Of a DNA stretch of 64,000 nucleotides, positions 14,828-28,242 are shown piece after piece. How positions within the stretch are numbered: the first letter of the stretch is position 1; each line of letters starts with the position of its first letter. Origin of the DNA: Emiliania huxleyi CCMP1516 (lineage: Eukaryota). Below the pieces are notes generated by a model. That model was not told the origin of the DNA, did no database searches, and saw nothing but the letters and a program-made list of their open reading frames with translations. The translations under genes were made by a program, and so were the position numbers. The stretch spans positions 332,881-396,880 of the forward strand of contig NW_005201360.1 of the NCBI RefSeq assembly GCF_000372725.1, read 5' to 3'.

Positions 14828-15698
14828 ATGAAGTATATGAAGAGTCGCACACACGCTCGAATGATTGCTGCTGCCGGGTCTGCGGCCTCCGCAGCCTCCG
14901 TGTCGCATCGAGCCACAATGGCCAAGCGGACGGACACCCAGGCATGTCACCACCACCCCGGCACTACTAGGCACGGCTATTGGCTGCTGCTCATCCTCTT
15001 CCTTTGCGGGCCTTTGGGCACGCTCCTGTTCTTTGTGTTGCTCCCTCCTGACACCCACAGCACCGATGAGACGGGGCCATATGAGTTGGGCACCAAGATC
15101 GTGCACCTAGCACTGGCGGGAAGCTCGAGGCGCGCGCGGTACGTGCTTGACGAGTACACTCGGCATCCGAATCAAGATGGCACACAAACAGTTCGTCGGC
15201 CTCTCCGTCCCCTCGGAGGAGGTTGTGTACGTGATTCGCGGTGCGGTCTGGCAGTGCCCGGCGGATGCGCACGTGTCGGTCGACGAGCTCGCAAAGCACT
15301 CCCAGCAGCCATGCAGCGCGAGTCTACCCGGCGTGCAGGAGGCGCTCGGCACGCGCCTGCCGCTCCGTGTGTCGTCCGAGGGTTGCGGCAAGTGGATGCC
15401 GGTCGAGTACCGCATGTGCGCAAGCTTGCCGGAGCCGCCGGAGCGCGAGCGCGACACGGTTAGCTTTAGCATCGAGCTCGAGGGCGGGCAGTTCTACGCG
15501 CAGCGCTTTCGCACGACGCTGCGCGTCCTGGACAATGGTTGCCGGCAGGGAGCCTTCTTTCACATGCAGGAGTGGAAGAAGCTGTGGGATTTCTCTTCCC
15601 ACGGCGTCGACCCGCTCGAGCTGAGCCCGGGCACAGACCCGCCCTCCTTTCTGCCCTCCTTTACCATCTCCACCGACGGGGTGGCCCTCTTGACTTGA
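14828..15698 (+). CDS. Hypothetical protein (probably spliced or partial)
   Basis: Coding-like ORF 15147-15698 ending FFHMQEWKKLW...; 5' structure unclear. Confidence 0.35.
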
Positions 15699-15891
15699 GA
15701 GTGTGATAGCGCGATTACGTAGTGTGTAGCACATGCGTGAGTGTGACGGAGCTGCGTGGGTTTTGAGGAGATAGTACAGGTGTCCGCTGCGGAGCGGAAA
15801 GAAGAAACGTTTACCGCGCCGGGCGCGACCCACACAAAACTCACAGACGACAGAGCACTCTCTCTCCGGGCAGACCTCTGCTCTCTCGGAT

Positions 15892-16262
15892 TAGAGCTGT
15901 CAAACGCGTTAAGAGCTGAACAGTGTTGCTAGTGTTAACAGTAACAACAGAACAACAGTGGGGCTCCCCAACAACAGTAGCTAACGTTAGGCCAGCTGAA
16001 CAACAATAAGGAAGGCCTGGCAGTGACCCACGACGATCTCCAGCGTCCAGTGCGGGTAATACCCGAAATACCTGGAAAAACCCAGGTATTTTCGGGTTTT
16101 ACCCGGGTTTTTGGCATTTTCTGCTTGCTGACCACTGAACAACAGTAACAACAGTAACAAACAGTAACAGCTTGGGCTGGGGAGAACACTTGAACAACGT
16201 TGAGGATTTTCAGCCAACAATAGTGCAACTGTTAGGCCCAAAGTTAACGTTTGACAGCTCTA
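15892..16262. mobile_element. hAT-like MITE
   Basis: TIR TAGAGCTGTCAAACG / CGTTTGACAGCTCTA with an AT-rich interior of AACAGTAAC repeats. Flanks ctctctcggat / ctctctcggtt. Confidence 0.7.
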
Positions 16263-16689
16263 CTCTCTCGGTTCCATTTTTTTTTTACCCACATCTCTCA
16301 GATGCGGTGTCCAACGTCCGTTTTATTTATTCTCTCGTGCGTTCTTGGAAGTTGTGTGACATCCTTTCACCTCCTGCTCTCGTATGTCACATGGCTGTGT
16401 GTGTCTCGTGTCTGGGTTTCTATGCCTGAGTGTGCGCGGTGTATGTCACTGTCCGCAGTGTGCACAGTGGGTGTGTTGGTGCGATATTTGGATTTTTGAG
16501 TCGATTTCCACTATTATTTGTTTATTTACCCACTCGCGGTGCGTACTATCGCTTACTCGGCCCTCTTCGACCCCTGGACTGGTAGGTGTTATGGCCAAGG
16601 TAGAAGGCGCGGGCGTGTGGCGAGCCGCGCCGCCGAGCAGCGTGCGCGTGCCGCAGCCCGATCGTCGGCGGCGGCGGTGCAAGCTCGCC

Positions 16690-18621
16690 TAGCAGCGCGC
16701 GCAGGAGGGGCGGGTCGACGCTCACGGCGAGGTGCGGTGCGTGCAATGCCGATCCTGCTTGGGACGACCGCTCGATCGGCACCTCCTCGCACCTCAACGC
16801 AGTCTGCCCGTCCACGGTGCACCGGAGCAGCCCGAGCCGCCAGCCCGCGAGGCTCACGCACACACGGGCGCCCCCAACCAGGGGCGGCGGCGGCGGCGGC
16901 GGCGGCACACATGGTGGTGCCGGCGTGCCGAGTTTTCGGCCGCGCCTCAAGCTCGCTGCCAGCCGGCGCATAGCGCGTTGCGAGCCGCGTGCGGCGGAAC
17001 CGTTGGCGGCGGCCCAGCCCGCAGGCAGCAGCGTGCCAGGGGTGTAGAGCACCTCGAGAACGCCTCTCTGCCCCCAGTTGGCACTCACCAGCCGGGAGAC
17101 GCAGCGGCCACCGCTGGGCCAGCCAACGACGTGGATGCGGAGAGGTGTAAACTCCGCCCCGCCGGCACCGGCATGCAGCTCCCGCGCCGCAGATGCAACC
17201 CTGGATGGTGGCGGCGTCGCCCCCGCTGCTGCTGGTGAGGCCGCACCAGGTTGTCGGCAGACGGAAGCGCGCAATGAGCGCGGAGCGGCGCTGTTGCCAC
17301 CGAGGCAGAGAAGGAGTAGAGCTGCGCGGGGTACTGCCGAGGCCGCTGCTGGCGCGGGGTCGGCTGAGCGATTGGAGAGCGGCGGCAGCGGCGGCATCGA
17401 TGGCAGCGCAGTGAGGATCGGCGACTCGCACGGAGGGGATGCTCCTGTGTGTGGCTGCGGGTCGGTGATGGCGACGGCGACGGCGACGGCGTGCGCTTCC
17501 ACCGCCCTGACGGCGGCGGCGGCGGCGGTGGCAAGCGCCTCGGCGGCCGAAGCGGGCTGTCGCGGCTGGGGGGAGGGGAGGAGAGACGACGCGTACAGCA
17601 AGCCAAGAGGCACCTCGCACACGCCCGCCGCCGCGCCACCCGCGCCCATACCCATACCGACGTCGACGTCCCCGCCCGCGCTGGCGCCCGTGTTACCGGC
17701 GGCGCCGGCAGCTTCGCCCACCCCGTTGCCTGCCGCCCCGTTGCCTGCTTTCCCCTCGCCTGCTTTCCCCTTGCCTGCAGGAACCTTGCCTGCTAGCCCG
17801 TTGCCTGCAGGCCCGTTGGTGGCAAGGGCCCTGGAGGAGGATCTCATCCGGACAGGGGCGTCCAAGTACGCCTCGACCACAAGCGAGAGCCACCGCCCGC
17901 CCTCCTCGCGGGACGAGGCGCCTCCTGATCCTTCTCTGCCACCGCCGCCGCCCGTGAGCTGTGCAACCGTGTTGAGGAGCAGCCTCCAGAAAAGGCCACC
18001 GCTGGTCGGCTCCGCGTCGCACGATAGCGATGGCGCACGCATCCGGACGCGCTTCAGCAGAGGAGTCGCGGCGAGCGGCGCAGCGGCGGCGACAGCAACG
18101 TTAGCGGTGGCAGCGGTGGCAGCAGTGTCCACTGCAGCCGCCGCGGCCGCAGGGCTGAGCAGGACTGCAGGAGCGGACCACACGCGCAAGTCGGAGGAGG
18201 AGGCTGCAAGCACAATGTCGCTTTCGCTCTCACCGCCGCCGCCCGTCCGATTGATGAGAGCGTCGCCCCGCCGAGCGCCGCCCGCAGCCGCCGCTGCTGC
18301 TGCATCCTCCCGGTCAGAGGTGGAGACCCACGCAACGGCACACCACCCGCCCGCGTGGCAGCAAATCGAGCGCTCTCGCGCGACCGCTGCGCCGGCCGGC
18401 AGCACGAGGCCTCGCTCGGCGACCAGCTGAACCGAGTATAGGGGCCGGCTGCCAACGCCGTGCACCAACAGCGAGGCCACGATTGGCCCAGCCGCATTCC
18501 TCGCGGGCTTGCCGGCAGGTGGCCCGTGCGGCACGTGGAGGAGGAGGATCGAGCCGCCAGCGGGCGGGTTCGCCAACGCCAGCGCCGCGCCGATGGCGGC
18601 ACCGAAGAAGAGCAGCGGCAT
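16690..18621 (-). CDS. Hypothetical Ala/Gly-rich, possibly secreted protein
   Basis: Long open frame starting MPLLFFGAAIGAALALA (signal-peptide-like); no family recognised. Confidence 0.4.
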
Positions 18622-18968
18622 TGTGGACGCCAGCCGTTCCCGACAACCAAACCTGGGCGTGTCCACGCTGCCGGAGCTCGAGATGCGAGCGAAGGTCGGC
18701 GTGGAGAGCCCCTCCGGGCGAGACATGGGCGTGTTGCCCCGACGGCGTTCGCGTTGCCCGTCCCGTAAAATTAGTGCGAAGTTAAATGAATTCAGGAGCC
18801 CCGCACCGCATGCGCCGCCTCCCCTTCGCCCTGCAAAATCCTGCGGCTGCGCTCGACAGCGAAAGACGCGAGAGAGTCCGTGTCTCGCCGGCCGGGCGGC
18901 GCGCCGCGAACGACCGCAGGAGGAGAGCGGCCCGTCGCCGTTGCTATTTCGAGAGCCACCCGCAGCAC

Positions 18969-19627
18969 TCACAAGGCCTCCGCTCCGCTCTCCGGCTGCG
19001 GCTGCTGGCCGACCCGCGGGTCGTTCGGGTGGTTGCTCTTGTTGAGGATCTGCATCACCGAATAGAGGCTGATCGCCTTGTCGTCGAGGCTGCCCGTCAC
19101 TCGGTTCGGAGCGGGTCCCTTGCCGTCGCGTCCGTTGTGCGGCGTGCCGTGGATGGTGAGGTTGATCAGCAACTCCAGATTTATGCGCTTGAGGAACTGC
19201 TTCTGACTCACGAGAGGAATGGCGCGGGCGATGACGTAGAGGCCGACCTAAGAATGAACCACAATTCAGGGACTTGAAGTACGGTGGGGGGAGCAGCGAC
19301 GGCACCTTGACGTCCAGGCGGGACACGTCCAGACCCTGCTCAGCGGCTTCTGCGTACAGCAACGCCGCGAAGTCCGGCACGCGGTTGTTCTGCATGAACT
19401 CGTCCGATCCGTAAACGATACCGTCCGCATCGGTCAGGCGGATATCGTCCGGTCCGCTGTGCTGCTCGCGCAGATTTGCTGGCCGCACGCGCACTTGCTC
19501 GCCACTCGCGACGATGCGGACGCCACAGCGCCCACCAGAAACAGAGTCGAGCACCTCGGCCTCGCACCCGTTCAGATCGCTGCGAGAGCTGAGGCCATGC
19601 ACGCGAACCACGGCGCCAGGGTACATG
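18969..19627 (-). CDS. Hypothetical protein with N-terminal SH3-like 'GLxxRxDLNG' module
   Basis: MYPGAVVRVHGLSSRSDLNGCEAEV...RCGVRI...VRVRPANL. Probable intron at about 19248-19305 joins it to the 18969-19211 frame. Confidence 0.55.
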
Positions 19628-20282
19628 AGATGAGCGGCAAGCGGCACACCACAATCACTCAGAGGATTTTGTGTTTTTTTCTGTTTTTGTTTTTTATTTC
19701 GCACCGAGAGTTAGCTCGTGCGTTCTGCTGCTAGGGGAAACCCGGAGCGCGGTACTATCACTAGGAGACCCGTGTTAACTGTGAGGCCCTGCGACCGCGC
19801 CCCCCACAGCGCACAGGGCTATAGAGGGCTCTCTCTTGCCCGCAACCCGTCGTCCGTCGAGCGTGTGAGTGAGAGAGAGAGATTTTTAGCAATACCAAAC
19901 AACTCTAACATTTTTTGTGTGAGTGAGTGAGTGAGTGAGTTGACACACACACACCGTCGAGCAACCGCCGATGCCGATCCCAATCCCGTCTGGCTAACTC
20001 CACTCGTGTGGAGGGTGCGCTTCTTAGCTCCCCGTTCCCCGGTCTCCTGTGTGGGGCGGTGCGGCAAAACGATATGAAACACTGCACTCCGCAAGTGCTC
20101 CAAGACCAAGTATTTCAGGGAAACTCACGACAGTTGGAGAAGACGGCTTACGATTTTTTTACTATCGAACAGTACCCAACCACATCACACGCTTCAAAGT
20201 GTCGTGCTTCTACGACGACACGCGCCCACGGTCACTCACGCGTCACGGTCCCCATGGGCCGCCCCATCCTCCGCGTCTGAGC

Positions 20283-22121
20283 TCAGTCGCACATGACGGC
20301 GCGCATCGCAGGGACAGCAGCGGCGAGCGCCTCGGGCCGCAGCAGCATCAGCAGCAGCTGGCCACCGCCCGGCAGCCCGCCACGCACCAGCGAGACCGCC
20401 TCCGCCCCCTCGGCGAGCAGCTCCTCCTCGACGCGCGCGAAGGAGGCGCGGCCGAGCAGCGAGGACAGCGAGGACCCCGCGGCACGCTTCTGCTTCTTGC
20501 TCCGCTTGCCGCCGCCGCCGCCGCCGCTGCCTCCGCCGCTGCCGCCGGCTCCGCCGCTGCCGCCGGCTCCGCCGCTCTCCGCGCCCGCCTGCGCGTCCAG
20601 CGTGACGTGCGCGAGCAGAACGAGCCACTCGAAAGTGAGCGAAGCGCGCTCGGCGGCGGGCTCGGCCTGTAGAGAGCAGGAGCGTGTGGGCGCGCGAACC
20701 AACAGAGGCGCGGGCAGGCTCGGCGGCGGGCGAGGCGTTTGCGGCCGCCCAGCCGAGGTCGAGGTGGAGCGACTCTACTGCGTGCGGGACGAGCTGGACG
20801 GGCGTGTTGACCTGCACCGACGGGGCCGAGGCGTGGGAGGGGAGAGGCCGACATGTGACATCATAATGCAATGTAACATACCATCCGCTCCGAGAGGAGG
20901 AGGCCGACGTTGGCGCCTCCGGACGGAGCGAGCAGGCCTGTCGGAGGAGGGGGGGGGGGGGGGGGGGAGGAATTAAGAAAGGGGCAAACCCCATTTTTTT
21001 TTTTGGGGGGGGGGGGGTTTTTTCATTCCTTCCAACCGTTTCCCCAAGGGGCCCTCCTCCACCCGATTCCAGCCGAAAAAGGTTATTCCCCTGCGGGGAA
21101 AAAAAGGGGGGTTTCCCCAACGTTAGGGACCAGCGCCCCGGCCGCTAGCTCGCCGCCTTCCGACCGACGGGCAATCATCTCGGGCCATCTCGGGCACTCA
21201 TCTCGGGTCAATCTCGGTCAATCTCGGGCTGGTTGCCACCTTCCGACGGACGGGTCGGCCCGGTGCCTCTGCAGGCTAACCTGTGGGGGTCGGGGGGCTG
21301 GGGGAGGTCAGGGTGCGAGAATGGTCGTGAGAGGGAGGGGAGGCGAGGAGAGGCGGGGAGGAGGGGCGAGGGGAGAGGAGGGAATGTCTGCTCTCGCGTA
21401 GGGCCGCCCCCGGTTCGAGAGGCCGGCGGCGGCTGGATTTGAGGGGAGCGGCTCAGTGTTGCACAAGGCGTAGCCGCGGCGGGCGTCTTGGCTGCGCGCC
21501 GCCACGGCTTAAAGATTGTGCACGGTGTGGTGGGAAGGCGTGGCGCGCGTGCGGCGGACGGGCCGCGCAGGAGTGTGCGCGAACGCTGGGCTGCCTCAGT
21601 GCCCGATGCTCTCTGCCATGGTGTGTGGCGGGTTCAAGCGCCGGTCAGGTTCTGCCCTATCGGGTGCTGGTCCTCACAGGCAGAGGGAGAAGAGGAGGAG
21701 AGCGCGGCAAGGGGCCAGGCACGGTCTCTCCGGGCGACTCTATCTCTCTCAGCCGCACCGCCGAGAGGAAGCCGAAGAGGGCGCCGTCTGCCTTGATCAT
21801 TGTACCAACCTCAACCTGGTTGGCGACCGTGGCGGCGAGGCCGGCGGCGTCGGCGCCCGTCGCGGTGCAGAGCGATCCGCCCGCGAGGAGGGAGCGCACG
21901 TACGGCGTGTCCTCCTCCGCCGGGTCCGTGAAGATAAACTCGACCTGCAACTCCTTCTCGGCTCCGTCGGCCTGCGCCATCTCGAGATCCGCCTCGTCGC
22001 TGCTGTCACCGCTATCCTCAGCCTCGTCCTCGCCGCCCGAGACCTCCTCGTCGTTGGATCCCGCCGCCGCTGCCTCAGCCGCGGCCTCCGCCTCCGCCGT
22101 GTCGCGCTTGCGCCGCGGCAT
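20283..22121 (-). CDS. BCP1: BCP1/BCCIP family protein (multi-exon)
   Basis: Acidic N-terminus, VEFIFTDPAEED..VRSLL, QVEVGTMIK..FGFLSAV, VNTPVQLVP...LGWA and FARVEEELL. Confidence 0.8.
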
Positions 22122-22147
22122 CGTGGTTGGGGCGAACGACTTTTTTT

Positions 22148-22340
22148 CTATGGATGCCTGCTCAAGGTGGTCGCGATGGCAAGCGATGACGAGGGATTCG
22201 CACTCAGCGTGACGAGCAAGCTCAGGGAGTTTACGGCGCTCGGATACCCTTCGCACGTGCTTAATGGGGCGATCGGGCGCACGTTTGCTCGGACGAAAGA
22301 CGAGCGGCTCCTACGAGCAAGAATATGTTCGCACTGGTGA
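22148..22340 (+). mobile_element. Possible Penelope-like retroelement fragment (post-RT region)
   Basis: ASDDEGFALSVTSKLREFTALGYPSHVL resembles the S....F......L..F...GYP motif. Confidence 0.3.
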
Positions 22341-23732
22341 AGGCCAGGCGAGCCAAAAAAAGACAAAAAGACTCATCTAAGCATGTCGGAGAACCGTCCA
22401 AAGGCGGGTGCAGTCGACCAAGGGACATGATCTGTCGACAGCACGAATTTGTGATGGGACACCATCGGGACCCAACAGTGCGATACTTGGCTATCGCACT
22501 GTTGACGTACCGGCGGCTAAGGCCGAGTAGCCGGTGTTCACAGAGCTCTGTGAACACCGGCCGGAGATTTTTTCTCTCGACGTTTCTTCTGCGAAGAAAC
22601 GTTCAAACACTCGGTGTCGAAACACCTCTCCGACGCGCTCGACTATAGTCTATCCGCCTTATTCGCTTTCGAGTGTGTGTGTGTGTGCCAAGGGCTTATG
22701 CTCTGTCGAGACGTGAGGCGCCTGCGCCCAGGAGGGGAGGGCGCATGCGTAACGACGCTGCTAGAGATGCCTTTCGGGGCCCAGAGATAAAACTTCTGAT
22801 GCCATGCGTGACCTAGATCCTAGTAGTGTCCCCAGCTATGGGCGTGTCCACGTTGGAGCCAGGTGTGGTGTGGATGCGAGAATAGCTCCGCCGTTCATGG
22901 AGGCAACCGATGCGAGTCGACTGGTGTGTGTCGTCGTGGTTTCGTATCAAGAATACTCACTCACACACCATGGTCCATGCGCTCTCCTCTCCTTCTCCTT
23001 CCAAAATCTTGCTCACCCGCTGTCCTCGTCCCATCCCTCGTATGTGTCTATTTTCTTTATTTTGGGGGGGCGGGCCCGTGTCGTGCGAAAGAAGAATTTT
23101 GCGCGCTTTTACACTTAGCACGCTGCACGGGAAAAAAAACATCTCCGTACTGGGCGCGCACCACTGGCACTAAACCAGAGGTACACTGCGAAACTGCTGC
23201 GCGCAAAAAGAGACGACATGGTGATGGATGATTCGAATAGATGATGGTGGGGGCTTTTGTGTTTTCACTTCCTAGCTTCTTTCTTTAAAAAGAGCCACAT
23301 ACTGAAGAATAATGGAGGAGCCAGATTTTTGCGCGCTCCCTGTGTCGGTCCCTAGCCACTTAGTGGTACGTGACGACTGTGTACGGGCTAGATTGTGTTC
23401 CGTCGCGAAGCAGACAGGTGCACGTAATACTCTCTTCCTGGGTCTGAGCGTGCCGGCCACCGCCTCGATGCCTCGCCAGCAGGGTCACACCGCCGCAGCG
23501 TTTCTGCGAGGGAGCTCCTCCCTTCACATTGCGGCTGCGCCCCGGGCTCCAACCCCGACTGCCCCCCCGCTGCGCGGACGAGGGGAGCGACGCGACTGGC
23601 CAGCCGCTCGAGCCCTCTGCGTTTGCGTAGCATACGTCGAAGGGCCGGGCTGAGCTCGACCACCGCAGGCACCTCCGCCACGGGCAAACAGAGCAGGGAG
23701 CACGTCTCCGCTGCGATGGCGGTGACGCGCGC

Positions 23733-25166
23733 CTACTCGCGCACAAGCGGGGTGGATCCGGAGACGGGGGACGGTGGTGGCAAAGTCGGCGAGGAAGCGG
23801 GCGGGTATTGGGCGGGAAGGACGGCGGCCCAGCGCACCGGCGCGGCGGGCGAGTAGCCCGCTAGCACGACCTCCTCTCCAAGGAAAGGCGAGGCGGACGC
23901 CTCTGTGAGCGTCCACGCGGAGTCGGCTCCGTCTGCGGCCGTCCGGGACATGGCGACCGTGCCCGCTACGAGGATCGAGAAGCAAGCCGGTGCTGCGCCG
24001 GCGGCCTGCAGCTGCTGACCAGAGGTGACCTCGTAAAAGGCGAAGCGGCCGGCGAGCTCGAGGAGGTCCGAAGGGGAGGCCTCGCCAAAGAGGGGCGATG
24101 CGCTGCGGCGCAGCATCGCCGCAATCTCGAGCGCCTCCGCCCTGCGCCCGCTCCCGTGCCAGAAGAGCGCCTCTCTCACGGGTGCACACGCCTGTGCACG
24201 GCCGGTGTGGCTGTGGACAGGTGTCGGGTGGTGGAGCAGTGGCGAGGTATCGGCTGGGGAGCTGGTAAGGTGTCAGCCGGTGGGACAGTGGTAAGGCATT
24301 GGAGCCATGGTTTTGGAGGGGGCCGGCTGACCTCGAGATCTGGCCTGCTCACGCCAAGTAGCCACGTTCGCTCGGCCGCCATCGCCACGCACTGTCTTTT
24401 AATGGGGCAGCCACGCGGCCGCAGCACCAACGCCGCGTGGCCGATCAGGTCGCCCGGTTTGCACACCGATACATCGCGTGTCGCCTCCTCGCCCTCCATG
24501 CTAGGCTGTCGTTGCCGCAATTCGATCGAGCCGGAGGCGATGATGTAGAAGGCCGACGCCGGCGCCCGCTCCCGCCACAGCACGTCGTACCTGCAGTGAA
24601 TGTGGTGGGAGTGGCGACCGGTGGTAGGGCCAGTTTTCGCGCTTGTCTTTTCTGAGAGGCGTTTACCTCTGCAGGAGTCGCGGCCGCATGAGCCGCGCGA
24701 GGGCGTTCAAGGCGGAGTCTCGCCAGGCTGAAAAGAGAGGGTCGTCGCGGAGGGACGCGAGCGTCGCTGCCACGCCTGCGTCGAGGCCGGCCGCCGCCTC
24801 CGAATCCGCGGGCTGGCGCAGGAGCGACGAGCTGCTTCGAGGGCGGATGAGATGGGGCTGGTGCCGGGCGGACCGCATGCAGGCAGCTTCCCCACATGCG
24901 ACCGGCGGACAGGGCGGAGGCCGACGGTCCCGCCGGGCGTGCTCGTCCGGCGCGCGGGGAGCCCGCTTTGCCACCGAGCGCAGAGAGGGCGCCGAAGCGG
25001 AGGGCCGCATTGCTGCCGCATTGCTGCTGCCAGCTGGTTCCGCCTCGTTGTACTGCAGAGGCCGCCGCGACACCTCATCGAGGAGGTTGCGCAAATAGCG
25101 CTGCGAGGAGAGTAGGTGCAGGCTTCGCAGCAGCGAGCCTTCCGCCTCGGCCCCCGACACATGCAT
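23733..25166 (-). CDS. Cyclic-nucleotide-binding domain protein (two cNMP-like domains, spliced)
   Basis: LRDDPLFSAW..., LWRERAPASAFYIIASGSIEL, KPGDLIGHAAL...RQCVAMA, and a second repeat SPLFGEASPSDL...CFSILVAGTV. 3' end uncertain. Confidence 0.7.
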
Positions 25167-25246
25167 GTTCGTTACATTGAGCGATCCGAAAAGACAGGAG
25201 AGAGGATTCACAGATATTACCAGCTCCGGGAGGGGGCGTTCTGGAT

Positions 25247-25464
25247 TAAGGGGAAACCCGGTACACGGAGCTAACCCTCGGAGTCCAGTGTTTACTTAGA
25301 GTTCTTTATGGCCCCTTCCCTGCGAACACGAACGCGCACCCCTAGGGGGGTCAGTCAGGGCTTTCTTGCTCGTACGTAGCCCGTCCCCGAGCATCCGGCC
25401 CGCTGGGAGCGCTGCTTAGCGCCCTGGCCCTGGGTGTGAGGTTGCCAACTGCACTCCAAGCTCC
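25247..25464 (+). repeat. Repeat family A, inverted copy
   Basis: Reverse complement of 3851-4060. Confidence 0.75.
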
Positions 25465-25919
25465 CCTCGAGCGTTCACTTTTCACACTTCTCACTTGTCG
25501 GGATGTGGCGAGCTCGAGGTGGCGAGGTCGAGGTGGCGAGGGGTGCTCACCGTTTTCGGACCGTGACATCATCTCCCGCCAGCAAAAAACGAGTGCAGGG
25601 GGAAATCTCTTACGTTCCACGTATCATGCCTCAAATCGGGCCGTGCGCTACGCCGCAAGCCGCATGCGCATGAGCCACCATCGGTCCCATTTATGTCACT
25701 CTGATCTCTTCCAGGCGCTCCACATCCAGCCTTCAGGACACACACACACCCACGGACACACGCCATCGATGCAGTGTAGAGGCTACCCCGGCTATCGAGG
25801 GGTTGCGGAGCCAGGGGGGAAACGGGAAACCCCCAAATCCCCCATGCCGCGAAACTCCGCCCCATCTCCGGCCACCAAACCAGAGCGCGCGTGGCGAGGC
25901 TCCGGCCAAGAGACGCCTC

Positions 25920-27559
25920 TCAGCCCATGCTCGCGAGGTTAACGCCGGGGATCATGTGGTCGTCCGGGTGCTCGTCGTAGCTCTGCTGCAGGAAGACGAG
26001 GCCCGACTTGTACGCCTGCCGCGCGAGGAGGGGGGCGGACGCGCTGGAGGCCGGGGCCAAGCCGAGCAGCCTGGGGGCACGGAAAGGCAACCCGCGACAA
26101 AGAAAGACCGCGCGGCGCTGGAGGCCGGGCCGAGAGTGCTCTCGAGGGGGGAGGCTAGGGGGGAGGCTAGGGGGGGAGGCTAGGGGGGGAGGCTAGGGGG
26201 GGAGGCTAGGGGGGGAGGCTAGGGGGGGAGGGTTAGGCCCCGGGGGCACGCCTCCACACCGCCGTGGACCATGCCTCCGGTCGGGTCCTTCTCGCCGACC
26301 TTTGCGTCCCAATTCTCCATCGCCTGCACGCCGGTCGGGTCCTTCTTCGCGTCCGAGAGCAGCCCGCCCACGTCGCCCTGGCTCAGGTGCGCCAGCGCCG
26401 GGTTCCCTACGGCTCGAGGCACAAGGCAAGGTCCCAGGGACGCTCCTCCGAGGCTCACGTTGCGCCGCTCCCGTCCGGGGCTGCCACTCTGCTCGGCGAA
26501 GTCGCCCAGCGCCTCGCCGCCGCCCTGCACGGCGCCCCCCATGCCGCCCCCCATGCCGCCCCCCATGCCGCCCATGCCGCCGCCGCCCCCCTGCCCGCCA
26601 GCCCCAGCAGGGCGGACCGGGCGGTAGCCGCCCCCCGGGCGGCCTCTGCCCCGGCCTCCGCCTACGTGCGGGATGCCTCCGCGGCCTCCGCGGCCTGCGC
26701 GCCCGCCGCGGCCCGCCGCGGCCGCCGCCCCCCTGCCCCGCCCTATGCCGTAGCCCGGCGCCGCGGGCCGGACGTACGCCACCGGCCGGACCGCCGGGTA
26801 TGCGGCGGCGGGGTATGCGGCGGGGTATGCGGCGGGGTATGCGCCGGCGGGGTATGCGCCGGCGGGGTATGCGCCGGCGGGGTATGCGCCGGGGTAGGCA
26901 GCGGCGGCGGGATTGGCTGCGCCTTGAGGGAAGGGCGGCGGCGGAGGCGGAGGCGGCGGGCGCGGCGGCGGAGGCGGCGGCGGAGGCGGAGGCGGCGGGC
27001 GCGGCGGCGGCGGCGGCGGCGGCGGCGGAGGCGGCGAGGGTGGCGGCGGCGGCGGCGGCAACGGCGGAGGCGGAGGCGCAGGGGTGGGTGGCGGAGGCGG
27101 GGGCGAGATGAAAGGGTCTCCGGCCTGGCCAAAGAAAGCGCCATGCTGCTGGTAGTGGTGCTGTGAGGGACGGTGCTGCTGATACGAGCTCTGCTGGTTG
27201 TTCGGCGCGTAGCCCTGCTGCTGGTAGTACGTCTGCGGCTCTCCCCAGCCCTGAGGCTTCGACCATGCATCATACCGACTACCGCCGTAGTTCACGCCAC
27301 CAGACGTAACCTGATAGTCATCGGCAAAGCCCTGGCGCGAGCGCGTTTCGTTCTGGCGGCTGGGCGATGCCGAGTCGGCGGCTGACGGAAGGAAGAACGC
27401 AGGCAGGCCCTCGAATATCCTAGACTGGCTGTCCGTGGAGGCAAGGAGGACGGAACTAACGAAGAGCGCACACATGCCAGCGAGGAACGTTCTCCCAGTA
27501 CCGGAGCACTCGCGGCGCGCGGAGCGCTGCAGCAGCGGGACGCCCGGCGAAGTGTCCAT
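25920..27559 (-). CDS. Pro/Gly-rich membrane-anchored or secreted hypothetical protein
   Basis: N-terminal hydrophobic segment, Q-rich stretch, poly-Pro, (AGAYP)n and GGM repeats. Putative intron carrying (GGGGGGAGGCTA)n at 26146-26231. Confidence 0.55.
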
Positions 27560-27846
27560 CCGCCAGCGAGGAGGCACCTCGGGGACCGGCACCGTGTGTG
27601 TGTGTGTCGGCAAGGGGCAAGAGGGGGAGGGCTTCCGCCTCTATTGTCGGCGCCCGAAAAAGAATCTACAGGCGGGGCGTTCTAGAATCTAGACATCCGG
27701 TCGCGCCACCGCGGCTGCGGGGCTGATAGAGCAGGCCGGCTGCGGCTCCTGATGTACCTCCGCTTTTGGGTGGCGGTCGCGCGCTGCCGACGGCGCTCGC
27801 CGGCGCTACGGCGCTCGCGGCGCGCTCGTGGCGTTCAGGGCGGCTC

Positions 27847-27889
27847 GCACACGCACACGCACACGCACACACACACACACACACACACA

Positions 27890-27936
<47 letters not shown>
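27847..27936. repeat. (CA)n microsatellite abutting an assembly gap
   Basis: Direct reading; N-run 27937-28242. Confidence 0.97.
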
Positions 27937-28242
27937 NNNNNNNNNNNNNNNNNNNNNNNNNNNNNNNNNNNNNNNNNNNNNNNNNNNNNNNNNNNNNNNN
28001 NNNNNNNNNNNNNNNNNNNNNNNNNNNNNNNNNNNNNNNNNNNNNNNNNNNNNNNNNNNNNNNNNNNNNNNNNNNNNNNNNNNNNNNNNNNNNNNNNNNN
28101 NNNNNNNNNNNNNNNNNNNNNNNNNNNNNNNNNNNNNNNNNNNNNNNNNNNNNNNNNNNNNNNNNNNNNNNNNNNNNNNNNNNNNNNNNNNNNNNNNNNN
28201 NNNNNNNNNNNNNNNNNNNNNNNNNNNNNNNNNNNNNNNNNN

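Noticed and set aside
16546..19704. Single 1052-aa ORF
   Set aside because: Probably a chance read-through joining two genes and intron sequence in GC-rich DNA.
20940..21125. Homopolymer-rich stretch inside BCP1
   Set aside because: It looks like low-quality read sequence, as does 62640-62855.
26146..26237. G-rich repeat as an interstitial telomere
   Set aside because: The unit is GGGGGGAGGCTA-like, not a TTAGGG array, and lies in a probable intron.
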